A DNA stretch of 27,573 nt. Source: a virus. Positions 25,214 through 27,573 of the stretch are shown in pieces. Made by a program: the position numbers and the translations under genes. Below the pieces are notes generated by a model that did not search any database, was not told where the DNA came from, and was given only the letters and a program-made list of their open reading frames with translations. The stretch is taken from the IMG/VR virus record IMGVR_UViG_3300035683_000002, positions 73,117 to 100,689 of that record, one strand, 5' to 3'. Each line of letters starts with the position of its first letter. The first letter of the stretch is position 1.

Positions 25214-25849
25214 ATGAACACGATCGTGCTGCACGGCCCGCTGGAGAAATTCGGCGGGCCTTTCTCGTTGGCGGTCACCACCGCCGCCGAAGCCGTCCAC
25301 GCGCTCTGCTCCCTCCTGCCGGGCTTCAGCGAGGAGATCCGCAAGGGCAGCTGGCGCGTGGTGCGCGGGAAGCCCGGGGCGCGGGGCGCGCGGGATCTCG
25401 GCGAGGGCGAGCTCCGCATGCGGCTCGGCGGCGAGATGCACCTGATGGTGCCGCCGAGCGGGTCGGGCGGCAAGAACGGCGGCACCGTCAAGACGGTCGT
25501 CGGCGTCGTGCTCCTCGTCGCCGCAATCTACTTCTCGGGCGGCACCGCCGCCGGCATGGCCGGCCAGGTCGCCGCGAGCAGCTCCTTCGCCGGCCTCGGC
25601 GTCGGGATGACCTACGGCACCGTCGCGCTGCTCGGCCTGACGATGGCCCTGCAGGGCGTCTCGCTGATGCTCTCGCCGCAGGCGAAGGCCTCGTCGAACG
25701 CCGCGCAGGACACGGCCCAGAGCTACCTCTTCAACGGCCAGATCAACAGCCCCGACCAGGGCGGCCCCGTGCCGCTGGCCTTCGGCCGGTGCCGCACCGG
25801 CTCGGTGATCATCTCCCTCGCAGTCGAAACCCAGGACATCCCGGTATGA
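25214..25849 (+). CDS. Tail tip assembly protein I (lambda gpI-like)
   Basis: I.LHGPL..FG, TAAEAVHAL, GSGG junction, hydrophobic helices, SYLFNG..N...QGGPVPLAFG...GS.IIS. Confidence 0.9.
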   Translation: MNTIVLHGPLEKFGGPFSLAVTTAAEAVHALCSLLPGFSEEIRKGSWRVVRGKPGARGARDLGEGELRMRLGGEMHLMVPPSGSGGKNGGTVKTVVGVVLLVAAIYFSGGTAAGMAGQVAASSSFAGLGVGMTYGTVALLGLTMALQGVSLMLSPQAKASSNAAQDTAQSYLFNGQINSPDQGGPVPLAFGRCRTGSVIISLAVETQDIPV

Positions 25850-26193
25850 CCCCTTTCCGTGAAGTCGCGCGGCGCCTCCTCGTGGGCGTCGGGCTCTCGC
25901 TCGCCCTGATGGCTGGCGCGATCGCCGTCCCGCTGGTGATCCTGCTGTCCCGGCGCGGCACCGACGCCGAGGCCGGCTCGGCCGCCTCCTGCCTGCTGAA
26001 CGCGCTGACCGGCGGCCCGCGCACGGCCACCTTCAGCGCCTGGAGCTGGGAGATCTTCCTCCGCGGCAAGCCGCTCTCGCTCCTGCGGCTCCGGGCGGTC
26101 GATGCGGTGAACTTCGAGACCGACCACTGCCGCATCGCCTGGCTCTCGCACGAGCGCCGCGGCCTGCTGCGCGCGGCGGCGCTGCCCGAGTGA
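25846..26193 (+). CDS. Small putative membrane protein (115 aa)
   Basis: ATGA and GTGA overlaps at both ends; N-terminal hydrophobic helix; LLNALTGG...TFSA...VD....DHC pattern. Confidence 0.7.
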   Translation: MTPFREVARRLLVGVGLSLALMAGAIAVPLVILLSRRGTDAEAGSAASCLLNALTGGPRTATFSAWSWEIFLRGKPLSLLRLRAVDAVNFETDHCRIAWLSHERRGLLRAAALPE

Positions 26194-27573
26194 GCCACCT
26201 CATGCCCATCGGGGGCTCCGGCGGCGGCAAGCAGTCGTCGCCCCGGGCCCCCGTCGAAGCGAAGAACACGCTTCGGGCAAAGCAGACCGTGCGCGTGGTC
26301 CACCTCATCTCCGAGGGGCCCGTGGCTGGCCTGATCGACGGCGGCAAGTCGATCTACCTCGACGACACGCCGCTGATCGCCGCCGACGGCACCGCCAATT
26401 TCCAGGGCGTCACCTTCGAGGTGCGCACCGGCGAGGCGAACCAGGAGCCGCTGCTCGGCTACCCGACCACCGAGAGCACCACCGCGGTCAACGTCGCCCT
26501 CACCAAGGGCGGCGGTGCGCAGACCCGCGTCGTCAACCTCACCGGCATCGACCGCGTCCGGGTCACCGTTGCCGTGCAGGCGCTCTATTCGAGCGACAGC
26601 TCCACCGGCGACATCAACCCGACGAGCGTCAACTACCAGATCCAGTGGCGGGTGGCCGGCACCTCCAATGCCTTCGCGGTCCTCTGGAACGACGTCATCA
26701 GCGGCAAATGCGTGGCGCCCTACGCCCGCGCGCTCACCTTCCGCGCGCCGCACAACGGGAACATCGAGCTCCGCCTCGTCAGGATCACCGACGACGCCAC
26801 CAACTCCAGCCTGCAGAACGCGACCGCCTGGCAGAGCTTCGCCACGATCGTCGACCGCAAGCTGATCTACCCGGGCTCGGCGCTCGTCGCGCTCACCTAC
26901 GACGCCGAGCTCTTCGGGGGCAATTTCCCCCAGACGACGTTCGACGGGAACTGGCTCATCTGCCAGGTGCCGGCGAACTACAACCCGACCACCCGCGCCT
27001 ATGCGACCACCGGGCCGGGGACGAGCGGCGGCGTCTGGGACGGCACGTTCAAGGCGGCCCACACGAGCAATCCGGCCTGGATCCTCTGGACCCTCCTCAC
27101 CAACCCCTCCTGGGGCTGCGGCGCCGAGATCCCGGCCTCCTCGATCGACCGCTACCAGCTCTACGTCATCGCCCAGTACTGCGACGAGCTCGTCGACGAC
27201 GGCTTCGGCGGGCAGGAGCCGCGCTACAGCTTCAACCACTGGATCAACGTCCGCGACGAGGCGATGCGCGTCATCGCCGCCATCACCGCCGCCTTCCGGG
27301 GCATGTGCTACTGGGGCGCCGGCACGATCGTCCCCGTGGCCGACATGCCCCTGCCGGTGGTGCAGGACGTGAACCCGAGCAACGTCATCGACGGGAAGAT
27401 CGAATACGAGACCGCCGGCAACCGCGCCCGGCACTCGATGGTGAAAGTCCGCTGGCGCGACCCGGCGACCGGCTTCCGGCAGAGCATCGAGGTGGTCGAG
27501 GACGCCGAGCTGATCGCCGAGATCGGCGTCCGCGACACGGAATTCGACGCCGTCGGCTGCACCAGCCGAGGCC
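26190..27573 (+). CDS. Tail tip / host-specificity protein J (TipJ-like), 3'-truncated by the window
   Basis: GGSGGGK...PVEAKNTL, LISEGPVAGL, SIYLDDTPL, VPANYNPTTRAY, WDGTFK, SNPAWIL and AQYCDELVDDGFGGQEPRY. The frame is open to the window end. Confidence 0.93.
   Translation, partial: MSHLMPIGGSGGGKQSSPRAPVEAKNTLRAKQTVRVVHLISEGPVAGLIDGGKSIYLDDTPLIAADGTANFQGVTFEVRTGEANQEPLLGYPTTESTTAVNVALTKGGGAQTRVVNLTGIDRVRVTVAVQALYSSDSSTGDINPTSVNYQIQWRVAGTSNAFAVLWNDVISGKCVAPYARALTFRAPHNGNIELRLVRITDDATNSSLQNATAWQSFATIVDRKLIYPGSALVALTYDAELFGGNFPQTTFDGNWLICQVPANYNPTTRAYATTGPGTSGGVWDGTFKAAHTSNPAWILWTLLTNPSWGCGAEIPASSIDRYQLYVIAQYCDELVDDGFGGQEPRYSFNHWINVRDEAMRVIAAITAAFRGMCYWGAGTIVPVADMPLPVVQDVNPSNVIDGKIEYETAGNRARHSMVKVRWRDPATGFRQSIEVVEDAELIAEIGVRDTEFDAVGCTSRG

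Noticed and set aside
12113-27573. Tailocin, contractile injection system or gene transfer agent
   Set aside because: No sheath or baseplate wedge genes. A full head module is present, and the lambda-like M/L/K/I/J tip and large accessory genes do not fit the compact RcGTA layout.

Overview
Very GC-rich (roughly 70-75% by eye) phage or prophage virion-morphogenesis region, almost all on the + strand. It runs from the C-terminus of a MuF/SPP1-gp7-like minor head protein through prohead protease, acidic scaffold, major capsid protein (MCP), head-tail joining genes, tail tube, a -1 frameshifted tail chaperone pair, a 1822-aa tape measure with a lytic transglycosylase domain, and lambda-like M/L/K/I/J tail-tip genes. 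There is no sheath gene, so a long non-contractile tail is expected. The unusual part is about 8 kb inside the head module. A 406-aa protein, a C-terminal extension of the protease and a 1602-aa protein are built from Gly-zipper modules. These modules are separated by a paired lysine motif (hydrophobic-x-K, 6 residues, L-x-K) that also occurs in the scaffold and at the presumed MCP maturation site. Several modules start with an (F/W)-x4-H-x-R...G-x-F motif. I infer a set of capsid-packaged polyproteins that the prohead protease cuts into membrane-active cargo. Other notable items: a gapless copy of the presumed mature MCP N-arm peptide in frame upstream of the scaffold, a Gly-zipper inserted in the tail-completion protein, a densely structured ~330-nt MCP leader, a repeated CAGA-loop hairpin with a compensatory change, an antisense orphan gene and a 10-bp tandem repeat. 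All product calls come from motif recognition and gene order; no database search was run.
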